From positions 14,940 through 78,939 of the forward strand of contig JAFOTD010000017.1 in assembly GCA_017388175.1 (NCBI GenBank): a stretch of DNA of 64,000 bases, given 5' to 3'. Of this stretch, positions 36,208 through 44,902 are shown one piece after another (the first letter of the stretch is position 1; every line of letters begins with the position of its first letter). A program made the translations under genes and the position numbers. This DNA is from Clostridia bacterium. Its GTDB lineage: Bacteria; Bacillota; Clostridia; Christensenellales; CAG-138. Under the pieces are notes generated by a model. It worked only from the letters and a program-made list of their open reading frames with translations. It made no database searches and was not told the origin of the DNA.

Positions 36208-37380
36208 ATGAATTACGCAGAAGAATCGCTCCGTCTGCACGGAGAATGGAAGGGCAAGATTGAAGTCATCGCAACGGTCCCCGTCGCCACGAAGGACGAT
36301 CTGAGCCTCGCTTACACCCCCGGCGTTGCGCAGCCGTGCCTTGAGATCCAGAAGGATATCAACAAGTCCTACGAGCTGACCCGCCGTCACAACCTTTGCG
36401 CGGTCATCACCGACGGCAGCGCGGTGCTCGGCCTCGGCGACATCGGTCCCGAAGCAGGCATGCCCGTTATGGAGGGCAAATGCGTGCTCTTTAAGTCGTT
36501 CGGCAACGTCGACGCGTTCCCGCTGTGCATCAAAACGCACGACGTCGACGAGTTTGTCAACGCGGTCTATCTGCTCTCCGGCTCGTTCGGCGGCATCAAC
36601 CTCGAGGACATCTCCGCGCCGCGCTGCTTTGAGATCGAACGCAAGCTCAAGGAAAAGTGCGACATCCCGATCTTCCATGACGATCAGCACGGCACCGCCG
36701 TCATCACGCTCGCGGGTCTCACGAACGCGCTGAAGGTCGTCGGCAAGAAGAAGGAAGACGTCAAGGTCGTAACGAGCGGCGCAGGCGCGGCGGCCGTTTC
36801 GATCGTAAAGCTGCTCCTTTCCGCGGGGTTTAAACACATTACCATGTGCGACCGCAAGGGCGCGATCTACAAGGGCAGAGACGGTCTTAACTGGATCAAG
36901 GAAGAGATGGCGGAAGTCACGAACCTCGAGCGCAAGCCCGGAACTTTGGCGGATCAGCTCGTCGGCGCGGACGTGTTCATCGGCGTTTCTGCGCCCGGCA
37001 CCGTCACGACCGAGATGGTGAAGACCATGAACCGCGACGCGATCATCTTTGCCTGCGCGAACCCGACGCCGGAAATCTTCCCGGACGACGCGAAGGCAGG
37101 CGGCGCAAAGGTCATCGCGACGGGCAGAAGCGATTTCCCGAACCAGATCAATAACGTCCTCGCGTTCCCGGGCATCTTCCGCGGCACGTTCGACGTGCGT
37201 GCAAGCGACATCAACGAGGAGATGAAGATGGCGGCGGCCAAGGCGCTGGCCGATCTCATTTCCGATGAAGAGCTTTCCGCGGACTACATCATCCCGAAGG
37301 CATTCGACAAGCGCGTCGGTCCCGCGGTCGCGGCGGCAGTTGCGGAAGCGGCACGCAGAAGCGGCGTCGCAAGAATCTGA
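36208..37380 (+). CDS. NAD(P)-dependent malic enzyme (short MaeB-type)
   Basis: LSLAYTPGVAQPCLEI...AVITDGSAVLGLGDIGPEAGMPVMEGKCVLFKSFGNVDAFPLC...FHDDQHGTAVI. ATG 36208 follows AGGAG; the track ORF start at 36067 is an over-extension. Confidence 0.9.
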   Translation: MNYAEESLRLHGEWKGKIEVIATVPVATKDDLSLAYTPGVAQPCLEIQKDINKSYELTRRHNLCAVITDGSAVLGLGDIGPEAGMPVMEGKCVLFKSFGNVDAFPLCIKTHDVDEFVNAVYLLSGSFGGINLEDISAPRCFEIERKLKEKCDIPIFHDDQHGTAVITLAGLTNALKVVGKKKEDVKVVTSGAGAAAVSIVKLLLSAGFKHITMCDRKGAIYKGRDGLNWIKEEMAEVTNLERKPGTLADQLVGADVFIGVSAPGTVTTEMVKTMNRDAIIFACANPTPEIFPDDAKAGGAKVIATGRSDFPNQINNVLAFPGIFRGTFDVRASDINEEMKMAAAKALADLISDEELSADYIIPKAFDKRVGPAVAAAVAEAARRSGVARI

Positions 37381-37394
37381 TCGTATCCGTAAAG

Positions 37395-37431
37395 AAGCAG
37401 CAGGCGGTTTTCGCCTGCTGCTTTCGTTTTT
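37395..37431. terminator. intrinsic terminator between convergent genes
   Basis: AAGCAGCAGGCG-gtttt-CGCCTGCTGCTT (12-bp perfect stem) followed by TCGTTTTTG. Confidence 0.75.
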
Positions 37432-37456
37432 GTCAACCGCGGTTTTGGTTCCCCGT

Positions 37457-38890
37457 TCAGTACCCGATCGCGATGCCCAGGATGATGAACAGGATAACGA
37501 GCGCAAGATTGCATATGAACAGCGGCGCGCTCTTTTTGATCCATTTGAAATAGTCGATCCCGATCATCGACAGCGAGATCAGAAGCACCGGCGATGTTGG
37601 AAACAGCACGTTCGTATAACCGTCGGCGAACGTGTAGATCAGAATCAGCATCTGCTTGGAAAGCCCCACGTTGACGACGGCGAGCATGCCCATGACGAGG
37701 ATCGCCTTTGCGGTCGAGGACGAGATAAAGAATTCGAGCACGAGAATGATCGCGTACAGAACGAGCGCGACGACGATCGGGCTGTGCCCCGAAACGAGCG
37801 TATTGATTGAATGCACGATCGTCGGCATGATTGCGCCTTCGTCGAAGATGTACTTGATCGATGACGCGAGCGCGATAAACACGATCGTGGGGAGCGCGCC
37901 GACGACGCCCTTCCAAAAGCTTTTCAGAACGGGCTTGCACGCCCTCGCCGAAAGGAACCCGGCCAAAAGCCCGCAGATCAAAAAGTACGCGATCAGAACG
38001 ACAACCGTGTAATCGCGCAGTGCCTTCAGCGCGGAGCAGACGATGATCAGTCCGAGACAGACGAGCAGGAAAACGATATAGGTCAGACGGATGCGTTTTT
38101 CATCCTGCGGCGCTGTCTCGTTCCGCTTCTCCTCCGCCCCTGCCGCGCGCAGCGTTTCATCGTGTGCAAGCGTAAGGCTTGAAGATGGATCCTTTTTGAG
38201 CCTTCTGACGTACAGAAAGAGAAAACCCAGAAGCAGCAGATACATCACGATGAAGATCACGAAGCGGTACCAGACGCTTTCCATCGGGTTCGCGTCGATG
38301 ATCTCCGCCGCGGTCAGCACCGTGAACGGGTTCGTGATCGCGCTCGCAAAGCCGAAGCCGCACGCGATGATGCTGACGAGAAATCCCGTAAACGAGTCAA
38401 ACCCGATCATTACGCACAGCGCGGCGATGATCGGCAGCATCGAGAGCATCTCCTCGAACAGTCCCAAAAACGCGCCGAAGCACATAAAGACCAGCGCGAT
38501 CGCGCAGAGCAGCAGCGCCTTGCGTCTGCGAAACCGTTCTGCGACGGTGCCGATCAGCGCGCGGATACCGCCGACGTCGTTCATGACCTGAAACGCGCCG
38601 AAGACCATGATGAGAAACAGCGACAGCATGATCAGCGTCAGCCCGCTGTCGGAACCGAAGACAAGGATCGGCGCTAAAAGGCCTTTGTGGATCGGGATTC
38701 CCTTCGCTCCCTCGACCGGGCGGTACGTCAGGTAATCCGGTTTTCCGTCCGCCGTCGTTCCGAACGCGCCCTTCGGGATCACGTAAGTCAGCACGATCGC
38801 GCAGATCATCAGCACGATCAGAAGCGCAACGACCTCGATAAAGGTCTTTGCGGAAAGATTGAGCAGCGTCTTATTCCTGTCCTTTTTCAT
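37457..38890 (-). CDS. YfcC-family (DcuC/C4-dicarboxylate-anaerobic-carrier-like) transporter
   Basis: 477-aa polytopic membrane protein. IPKGAFGTTADGKPDYLTY...KGIPIHKGLLAPILVFGSDSGL...MVFGAFQVMNDVGGI is typical of the YfcC family. Confidence 0.7.
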   Translation of the reverse strand: MKKDRNKTLLNLSAKTFIEVVALLIVLMICAIVLTYVIPKGAFGTTADGKPDYLTYRPVEGAKGIPIHKGLLAPILVFGSDSGLTLIMLSLFLIMVFGAFQVMNDVGGIRALIGTVAERFRRRKALLLCAIALVFMCFGAFLGLFEEMLSMLPIIAALCVMIGFDSFTGFLVSIIACGFGFASAITNPFTVLTAAEIIDANPMESVWYRFVIFIVMYLLLLGFLFLYVRRLKKDPSSSLTLAHDETLRAAGAEEKRNETAPQDEKRIRLTYIVFLLVCLGLIIVCSALKALRDYTVVVLIAYFLICGLLAGFLSARACKPVLKSFWKGVVGALPTIVFIALASSIKYIFDEGAIMPTIVHSINTLVSGHSPIVVALVLYAIILVLEFFISSSTAKAILVMGMLAVVNVGLSKQMLILIYTFADGYTNVLFPTSPVLLISLSMIGIDYFKWIKKSAPLFICNLALVILFIILGIAIGY

Positions 38891-40721
38891 CTCGCGTCTC
38901 CCTGATCAGATCGACAAGCAGCGCCCAGCGCGCGGCCTGCCGACGGTTTTCGGTCGGATAAAAGTAATACAGATCCCCGTTGTGATAGGTTTCAAACTCC
39001 TTGCCGCAGGAGAACGGCAATGCCGGAAGCTTGTCGAAACCGACGGTGAACGATTCACGCGCCGAGCAATAGGAAAACCCATCCGGCGTCAGCGTGCAGC
39101 GGCCCTTTTCCCGCGTCGCGTACCGTCCGGTATCGCGGAAAATCACGGTTTTCACGTCCGTCTCGAGGTGCAGCGAAGACAGCTCGTCCCGCTCCAGTTC
39201 CCGGATGCGCCCGTAATACGCGCCGATCGAAAACGGCGCGTCCTCGAAGAGATACCGTTCGTTCAGCCGGCGCGTTTTTCCGCAGGCAGAGCAGACGAGC
39301 GTGTTGCCGACGCCTTCGGTACCGTACAGCGCGCCGCAGTCGGCGCAGCGGTACAGCACGTTCTCAAGTCCCTTTGCCATATCCTTTTGCCGGAACGTCC
39401 CGATGGGGTTCTCCGATTCGTCATACCGCAGCGCCGCGTCGATCAGCGCGTCCAGCTCTGCGTCGGTCATCGCGGCGATCTCCTCCGCGGTGATCACGCG
39501 CTCCGCGGCGATGTGCACGTCGGTTTTGAACAGGCGTTTGCGCCACTTGGGCTTTGCGAAGTACGATCCGCGGATCTTTATGAGCACCAGATCGGTCTTC
39601 AGCCTCCGGTAAAAGCCCGCGCTCCGGTCGATGATCGGATAGGAGCGCCCGTCGACGGACAGCCGCGCCTCGGGAAAAATCACCACCGGATAGCCCTTTT
39701 TCAGCATCCGGACGATCTTCAGCGGCACGGAGATATCCGGATAAAAGAGCTTCTTCCGGATCATGCCCGACTTTCCCGCCGCCTTGCGGATGAGCGGATG
39801 CGAAAGGTAATGCTTGTTGACCACGAAGCTCGGATTGCGATCCTTCAGCAGTCTGCTCATGTAGTACATATCGAAGAACGACGCGTGGTTCGCGAGCGCA
39901 ACAAACGGTCCGCGCAGACCGGAAAGCAGCGAATCGTCGACGGTCAGTCTCTGTCTGCGGCGCATCAGCCGGTGCAGAACCGCGAAAAAGCCGGTCGCGA
40001 ACACGGATTCCGGCGTACCTTCGTTCTGCCGGAAATAGATCCGGTTGAGAAACAGAAACAGGATCGTGAACAGTAACCCCGCAAGAAGCAGCAGGATCAG
40101 AATCAGCAGCGGAAGCGGAAGCTTGTTCCCGATGAAATACCTTGCCGCCGTCCCCATCAGGTTGGAGGTGACGATCGACGGAATCACGCCCGTCGCGACC
40201 GTAAAGAGGTAGCGCGGGTATTTCATCTTGCGATAGCTTCCGTAATAGCAGATCGCGCCGAACGGAATAAACGGCATGATAAAGAGCAGATACAGCAGAA
40301 GCTGCGTACCGCGATCCTTTTTCACGTTCTTTGCGAGTCGGTTGATGACCTTTTCGTTTTTCTCGTAGGCGTCGTTGCTGAACCGGAATACCGTAACGAG
40401 CACGTAGATGATCGTCGCGCCGAGGCAGACGCCGAGATCACACAAAAGCAGCGCAATATAGAACGGGTAGCTGAGCCCAGACGAGACCTGGATAAACTCC
40501 GCCGGAATGAAGATGACGACCATTTGCAGCGCTTCGACGAAAACGACTGACAAAAAGCCCAAAACGCCTTTCGACTCGAGCAGTTCCTTCGCGCCGTTGA
40601 AATCGCGCGCGATTTCCATGCGGATAAACGGGATCAGAATATCGCACAGAAATAAAAAGAACAGCGTGACAGCCGCAATCAACGATCCGATGATGATAAG
40701 CCGCTGCGTTGTTTTCTTCAT
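38871..40721 (-). CDS. fusion: VTT/DedA-superfamily (TVP38-like) membrane domain + PlsC-type lysophospholipid acyltransferase + C-terminal zinc-ribbon domain
   Basis: N-terminal VFVEALQMVVIFIPAEFIQVSSGLSYPF (VTT-like); ALANHASFFD (HX4D) and VVIFPEARLS (acyltransferase motifs); YRCADCGALYG...LVCSACGK (zinc ribbon). ATG 40721 follows GGGGGA. The track ORF (to 41261) has a 180-aa spurious extension. Confidence 0.7.
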   Translation of the reverse strand: MKKTTQRLIIIGSLIAAVTLFFLFLCDILIPFIRMEIARDFNGAKELLESKGVLGFLSVVFVEALQMVVIFIPAEFIQVSSGLSYPFYIALLLCDLGVCLGATIIYVLVTVFRFSNDAYEKNEKVINRLAKNVKKDRGTQLLLYLLFIMPFIPFGAICYYGSYRKMKYPRYLFTVATGVIPSIVTSNLMGTAARYFIGNKLPLPLLILILLLLAGLLFTILFLFLNRIYFRQNEGTPESVFATGFFAVLHRLMRRRQRLTVDDSLLSGLRGPFVALANHASFFDMYYMSRLLKDRNPSFVVNKHYLSHPLIRKAAGKSGMIRKKLFYPDISVPLKIVRMLKKGYPVVIFPEARLSVDGRSYPIIDRSAGFYRRLKTDLVLIKIRGSYFAKPKWRKRLFKTDVHIAAERVITAEEIAAMTDAELDALIDAALRYDESENPIGTFRQKDMAKGLENVLYRCADCGALYGTEGVGNTLVCSACGKTRRLNERYLFEDAPFSIGAYYGRIRELERDELSSLHLETDVKTVIFRDTGRYATREKGRCTLTPDGFSYCSARESFTVGFDKLPALPFSCGKEFETYHNGDLYYFYPTENRRQAARWALLVDLIRETRDEKGQE

Positions 40722-40899
40722 GCGTCCCCCGATTTCATTCCCTGTGCGTAGGAAAGCCTGTGCATTATTATAGATAATATAATAAATCGGGTGCTTTGTC
40801 AACAAAGCCGACGCTTCCGTTTGCGGCGCTTTCGCTCTTTTCTTTTTGCGTGAATTATGATATGATACGATATACGGATCAAAGCGAAAGGAGAACCGG

Positions 40900-41829
40900 A
40901 TGCGGGACGATCTTGACAAACGCATAGCGGAGGCGCGCACGCTGTCCATCGTGGGCATGTGCAAGAACGCAGGCAAAACGACCGTTCTGAACTGGCTTCT
41001 GAACCGGTCGCGCGATCGTGTGCTCGGACTGACCTCGATCGGACGGGACGGCGAATCCGTCGACGTGGTAACCGGCACGGAAAAGCCCGGCATCTTCATT
41101 CCGGAAGGCACGCTGATCGCCACGGCAAAGGACATGCTTTCGCTTTGCGACATCACGCAGGAGATCGTCTGCACCACAGGCATTCCCACGCCTTTGGGCG
41201 AAGTCGTGCTCGTGCGCGCAAAAAGCGCCGGAAACGTGCAGCTTGCGGGGCCTTCGATCACCTCGCAGCTTAAAACCGTTTCCGGGCTGTTCTTCTCGCT
41301 CGGCGCGGATCAGACGATCATCGACGGCGCGCTCGGGCGGAAATCGCTCGGCGCTCGGACCGTTGCCGAAAACGTGATTTTGTGCACCGGCGCAAGCTAC
41401 GACATGCGCATGGAAAAGGTCGTGCAGGACACCGCGAACGTCTTCCGGCTGTTGAATCTCAAAAAGGCCGAAACGCCGCCGGAGGAATCGGAGAAGCCGC
41501 TGAAGGAGCTTTTACGGGAATCCGGCGAGGCGCTGATCCCCGGCGCGTTGACCGACACGGCGATTCTGCCTCTTTTAAAAAGCGGTGCGCTTAGAAACGC
41601 GCGGCTCGTCGTGAAGGATCCGAGCAAGGTTCTGCTCTCGCCCGATACGCTTGAAAAGCTTTCCGTGCGCGGCGTTTCGCTCGAAACGGTTGACGCGGCG
41701 AAAACGCTTTGCGTGACCGTCAATCCCGTTTCCGCCTACGGCTGGAAGTTCGATCCCGACGCGTTTTTGCGCGCGATGGAAGCGGCCGTAACCGTTCCGG
41801 TCATCAACGTAAAGGAGGCGCTCTCTTGA
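40900..41829 (+). CDS. P-loop protein, candidate lysine 5,6-aminomutase reactivase subunit (KamB-like)
   Basis: Walker A GMCKNAGKTT. Positioned immediately upstream of a MutS-like ATPase and the lysine-fermentation operon. The family assignment is from recollection of annotated lysine-fermentation clusters. Confidence 0.5.
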   Translation: MRDDLDKRIAEARTLSIVGMCKNAGKTTVLNWLLNRSRDRVLGLTSIGRDGESVDVVTGTEKPGIFIPEGTLIATAKDMLSLCDITQEIVCTTGIPTPLGEVVLVRAKSAGNVQLAGPSITSQLKTVSGLFFSLGADQTIIDGALGRKSLGARTVAENVILCTGASYDMRMEKVVQDTANVFRLLNLKKAETPPEESEKPLKELLRESGEALIPGALTDTAILPLLKSGALRNARLVVKDPSKVLLSPDTLEKLSVRGVSLETVDAAKTLCVTVNPVSAYGWKFDPDAFLRAMEAAVTVPVINVKEALS

Positions 41830-43301
41830 TTTCGATCCGCTTTGAAGACAGGGTCAGCATCGGGCTGCAATACGTCCTCGATAGTCTGCATGCGTGCAGC
41901 CCGTTCGGGCAGGAACGCGTACGCAGGCTGCGCTTTTACGCGCCGGAGGAACGCGCCGCGCTTCTGACCGAGCTCGGCAACACGGCGCGCGCCGCAAAAG
42001 AAGCGCAGACGCAAAAATCGCTGTACGAAAAAATCATGCTCGTGCTGTGCCAGTTGAAAGATATCCGCGGCTCGCTCTCGCGCCTTTTTGAAGGCGTATG
42101 TCTCGATCACGTGGAGCTGTTCGAGCTGAAAGGCTTTCTGCTCCGCATCGAGGAGCTTTTACCGCTATTCGATCGCATGAACGAAGCCGTGCGGATCGAG
42201 GGCATGGCGTTCTCCGATCCCTCGGAGGCGCTGAAGATACTCGATCCCGAGCATACGCGCTCGCGCGGGTTTTATATTCCGGACGGCGCAAGCGAGCCGC
42301 TTCGCGCGATCCGCAGAGAAAAAAAGCAGCTTGAGCAGCGTCTGTATGAGGCGGAAACCGTCGCCGAAAAGGACGCGCTGAAAGCCGAACGCACGCGCGT
42401 CTGCGCCGAGGAGGAATCCGAAGAACGCGCAATCCGAAAGGCGATGTGCCTTGCGCTGCTTCCGTACGTATCCGCAATGCAGGCTGACGCGGACGCTGCA
42501 GGCAGGCTGGACTTTCTGATCCAGAAAGCACTGTTCGGCGTGCGGTACGGCGGCGTGCTGCCCGAATTGACCGACACGGCGCTGGAGCTGACCGATATGA
42601 TCAATCCGGAGCTATGCGATCTGCTGAAGGAAAAGGGACGCGCGTTCGTGCCCGTTTCGATCGCGGCCGATCGCGGCGCGACGGTGATTACCGGCGCGAA
42701 CATGGGCGGCAAAAGCGTCGCCATGAAGACGGTTGCGCTGAACGCGCTGCTGATGCAGGCGGGTTTTCTCGTCTGCGCAAAGCGGGCGCGGCTTCCGATG
42801 TTTCATTGTGTGAAACTGCTGTTCGACGATCTGCAGTCGATGCAGTCCGGACTTTCCGGCTTCGGTTCGGAAATCGTGCGGTTCAGCGAAGCGCTCGATG
42901 AAGCGGAACAGGGTTATTCGCTGCTGCTGATCGACGAGCTTGCGCGCGGCACGAATCCCGACGAGGGCGCGCGGATCGTGCAGGCGGTGACGCGATATCT
43001 GAACGGCGCAAACGCGATCTCGATCCTTGCGACGCACTACGACGGCGTCGCGGAGCTGGCGCGCGCACATTATCAGATCATCGGGCTTAAAGACGTCGAT
43101 CCCGACGCGATCAAAGCGGAGCTTTCCGGCGCGGAACGGGACGGCGTGGCGGTGATCGCGCGGCATATGAACTACGGGCTGTACCGCGTCGAGGGCAGGG
43201 CGGACTGTCCGAAGGACGCGCTGAATATTCTTCGTATGCTGTCGCTGAAACCGGAGATTTTAGAACGCATCGAACGCTCGTACGATACGGAAAAATCTTG
43301 A
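41826..43301 (+). CDS. MutS domain-V-type ATPase, candidate lysine 5,6-aminomutase reactivase ATPase (KamC-like)
   Basis: VITGANMGGKSVAMKTVALNALLMQAGF (Walker A), LLLIDELARGTNPDEG (Walker B), ILATHY. No mismatch-binding N-terminal domain. The TTG start at 41826 follows AAGGAGG by 8 nt and overlaps the upstream stop. Confidence 0.6.
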   Translation: MISIRFEDRVSIGLQYVLDSLHACSPFGQERVRRLRFYAPEERAALLTELGNTARAAKEAQTQKSLYEKIMLVLCQLKDIRGSLSRLFEGVCLDHVELFELKGFLLRIEELLPLFDRMNEAVRIEGMAFSDPSEALKILDPEHTRSRGFYIPDGASEPLRAIRREKKQLEQRLYEAETVAEKDALKAERTRVCAEEESEERAIRKAMCLALLPYVSAMQADADAAGRLDFLIQKALFGVRYGGVLPELTDTALELTDMINPELCDLLKEKGRAFVPVSIAADRGATVITGANMGGKSVAMKTVALNALLMQAGFLVCAKRARLPMFHCVKLLFDDLQSMQSGLSGFGSEIVRFSEALDEAEQGYSLLLIDELARGTNPDEGARIVQAVTRYLNGANAISILATHYDGVAELARAHYQIIGLKDVDPDAIKAELSGAERDGVAVIARHMNYGLYRVEGRADCPKDALNILRMLSLKPEILERIERSYDTEKS

Positions 43302-43327
43302 CAACGACCGCATGAATCGGGTATAAT
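43298..43327 (+). promoter_or_regulatory. consensus sigma-A promoter of the lysine-fermentation operon
   Basis: TTGACA (43298-43303)-N18-TATAAT (43322-43327). The -35 overlaps the stop codon of the MutS-like gene. Confidence 0.7.
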
Positions 43328-43352
43328 TTTTATACAGATTTTATACTGTCTT

Positions 43353-43520
43353 CCATAGAGGTGCGTCGAGCAGGGTACCCGTTCGACCGGCAGGGCAGCC
43401 GGGAACGTCGTGCGGGGAAGGGGCCGTTCGCCGAAGAATCCGGGGCTGCCCGATCCGGTTTCTGGCATCGCCGTGTAAGCGGCGCTGCTGTCATGTTCGA
43501 AGAACATGGAGCGCTATTGG
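43353..43520 (+). ncRNA. lysine riboswitch (L-box) aptamer
   Basis: CCATAGAGGTGCG...GGGGCCGTTCGCCGAAG...TTTCTGGCATCGCCGTG...GCTGCTGTCA-TGTTCgaaGAACA-TGGAGCGCTATTGG. It matches the conserved L-box blocks AGAGGUGCG, CGCCGAAG, CUGG, CUGUCA and GGAG(A)GCUAU, with P1 formed by CCATAG / CTATTGG. Confidence 0.9.
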
Positions 43521-43550
43521 TCGAACCGTCGACCGACAGCGCCTTTTTTT
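43512..43550 (+). terminator. riboswitch expression platform: intrinsic terminator whose 5' arm overlaps the aptamer P1 3' strand
   Basis: GCGCTATTGGTCGA-accg-TCGACCGACAGCGC (13 pairs, one A.C mismatch) followed by CTTTTTTT. Confidence 0.75.
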
Positions 43551-43612
43551 ACCCGAAAAACGCGTTTGAAGGTTCTTATCCGTCAGCAAATTAATGTGAA
43601 GGAGAATCATAC

Positions 43613-44020
43613 ATGGAAAAAATGACATCTTTACTCCGTCTCCGCATGAGCGCCAAAGACGCGCATTACGGCGGAAACCTCGTAGACGGCGCGCACATGG
43701 TACACCTGTTCGGCGACGTAGCGACCGAGCTTCTAATCAAGTGCGACGGCGACGAAGGCCTGTTCTGCGCCTACGACAACATCGAGTTTTTAGCGCCGGT
43801 CTACGCGGGCGACTACATCGAAGCCTACGGCGAGATCGACCGCGTCGGCAACACCTCCCGCGGCATGACGTTCGAAGCGCGCAAGGTCATTCAGGCGCGT
43901 CCGGACATCTCCCCGTCCGCGGCGGAAGTTCTGCCTGAGCCGATCGTGGTCTGCCGCGCACACGGCACCTGCGTCACGCCGAAGGACTGCCAGCGTATCG
44001 ATCACAGTCAGGACAAGTAA
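43613..44020 (+). CDS. kal: 3-aminobutyryl-CoA ammonia-lyase
   Basis: 135-aa hotdog-fold-sized protein: [64 protein letters not shown]. Position and size match Kal of lysine-fermentation clusters. Confidence 0.8.
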   Translation: MEKMTSLLRLRMSAKDAHYGGNLVDGAHMVHLFGDVATELLIKCDGDEGLFCAYDNIEFLAPVYAGDYIEAYGEIDRVGNTSRGMTFEARKVIQARPDISPSAAEVLPEPIVVCRAHGTCVTPKDCQRIDHSQDK

Positions 44021-44032
44021 CGGAGGAAACAA

Positions 44033-44860
44033 ATGGAAAAGCTCATCATCACCGCCGCCATCTGCGGTGCGGAAGTCACCAAGGCGAACAACCCCGCCGT
44101 CCCCTACACCGTCGAGGAAATGGTCCGCGAAGCAAAGCTTGCGTATGAAGCGGGCGCAGCGATCATCCACGTGCACGTCCGCGAGGACGACGGCACCCCC
44201 ACGCAGGACCGCGAGCGCTTCCGCGTCGTCATGGACGCGATCCGCAAAGAGCTGCCCGACGTCATCATGATCCCGTCCACCGGCGGCGCGACCGGCATGA
44301 CGCCCGAAGAGCGTCTGCAGCCTACCGAGCTGTTTCCCGAGATGGCGACGCTCGACTGCGGCACCTGCAATTTCGGCGACGACGTGTTCGAAAACACGAT
44401 GCCCACGATGCGCGCGTTCGGAAAGCGCATGATCGAGAACAATATCAAGCCCGAGTACGAATGCTTCGAGCTCGGTCATCTCGACACCGTTCTGAACATG
44501 GCGAAGAAGGGCGAAGTCCCCGGCGCTCCGATGCAGTTCAACTTCGTGCTCGGCGTTGCAGGCTGCGCGCCCGCAACCGTCGATAACCTCGCCTTCATGG
44601 TTTCGAAGATCCCCGCGGGTTCGACCTGGACCGTCACCGGCGTCGGCCGCTCCGCATGGACGATGGCGGCTGCCGGCATCATTATGGGCGGCAACGTCCG
44701 CGTCGGCTTCGAGGACAACGTCTATCTCGGCAAGGGTCACAAGGCCGCGTCAAACGGCGAGCTTGTCGAAAAGGTCGTCCGTCTTGCAAAGGAACTCGGC
44801 AGAGAGATCGCAACGCCCGACGAAGCGCGCGCGATCCTCGGCATGAAGCCCCGTCAGTAA
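44033..44860 (+). CDS. kce: 3-keto-5-aminohexanoate cleavage enzyme (BKACE family)
   Basis: KLIITAAICGAEVTKANNPAVPYTVEEMVREAKLAYEAGAAIIHVHVREDDGTPTQD... is the canonical BKACE/DUF849 N-terminus. 275 aa. Confidence 0.9.
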   Translation: MEKLIITAAICGAEVTKANNPAVPYTVEEMVREAKLAYEAGAAIIHVHVREDDGTPTQDRERFRVVMDAIRKELPDVIMIPSTGGATGMTPEERLQPTELFPEMATLDCGTCNFGDDVFENTMPTMRAFGKRMIENNIKPEYECFELGHLDTVLNMAKKGEVPGAPMQFNFVLGVAGCAPATVDNLAFMVSKIPAGSTWTVTGVGRSAWTMAAAGIIMGGNVRVGFEDNVYLGKGHKAASNGELVEKVVRLAKELGREIATPDEARAILGMKPRQ

Positions 44861-44902
44861 GCAAATCACAAATCAAAATACATTTTTACAGGAGGAATCA
44901 AA

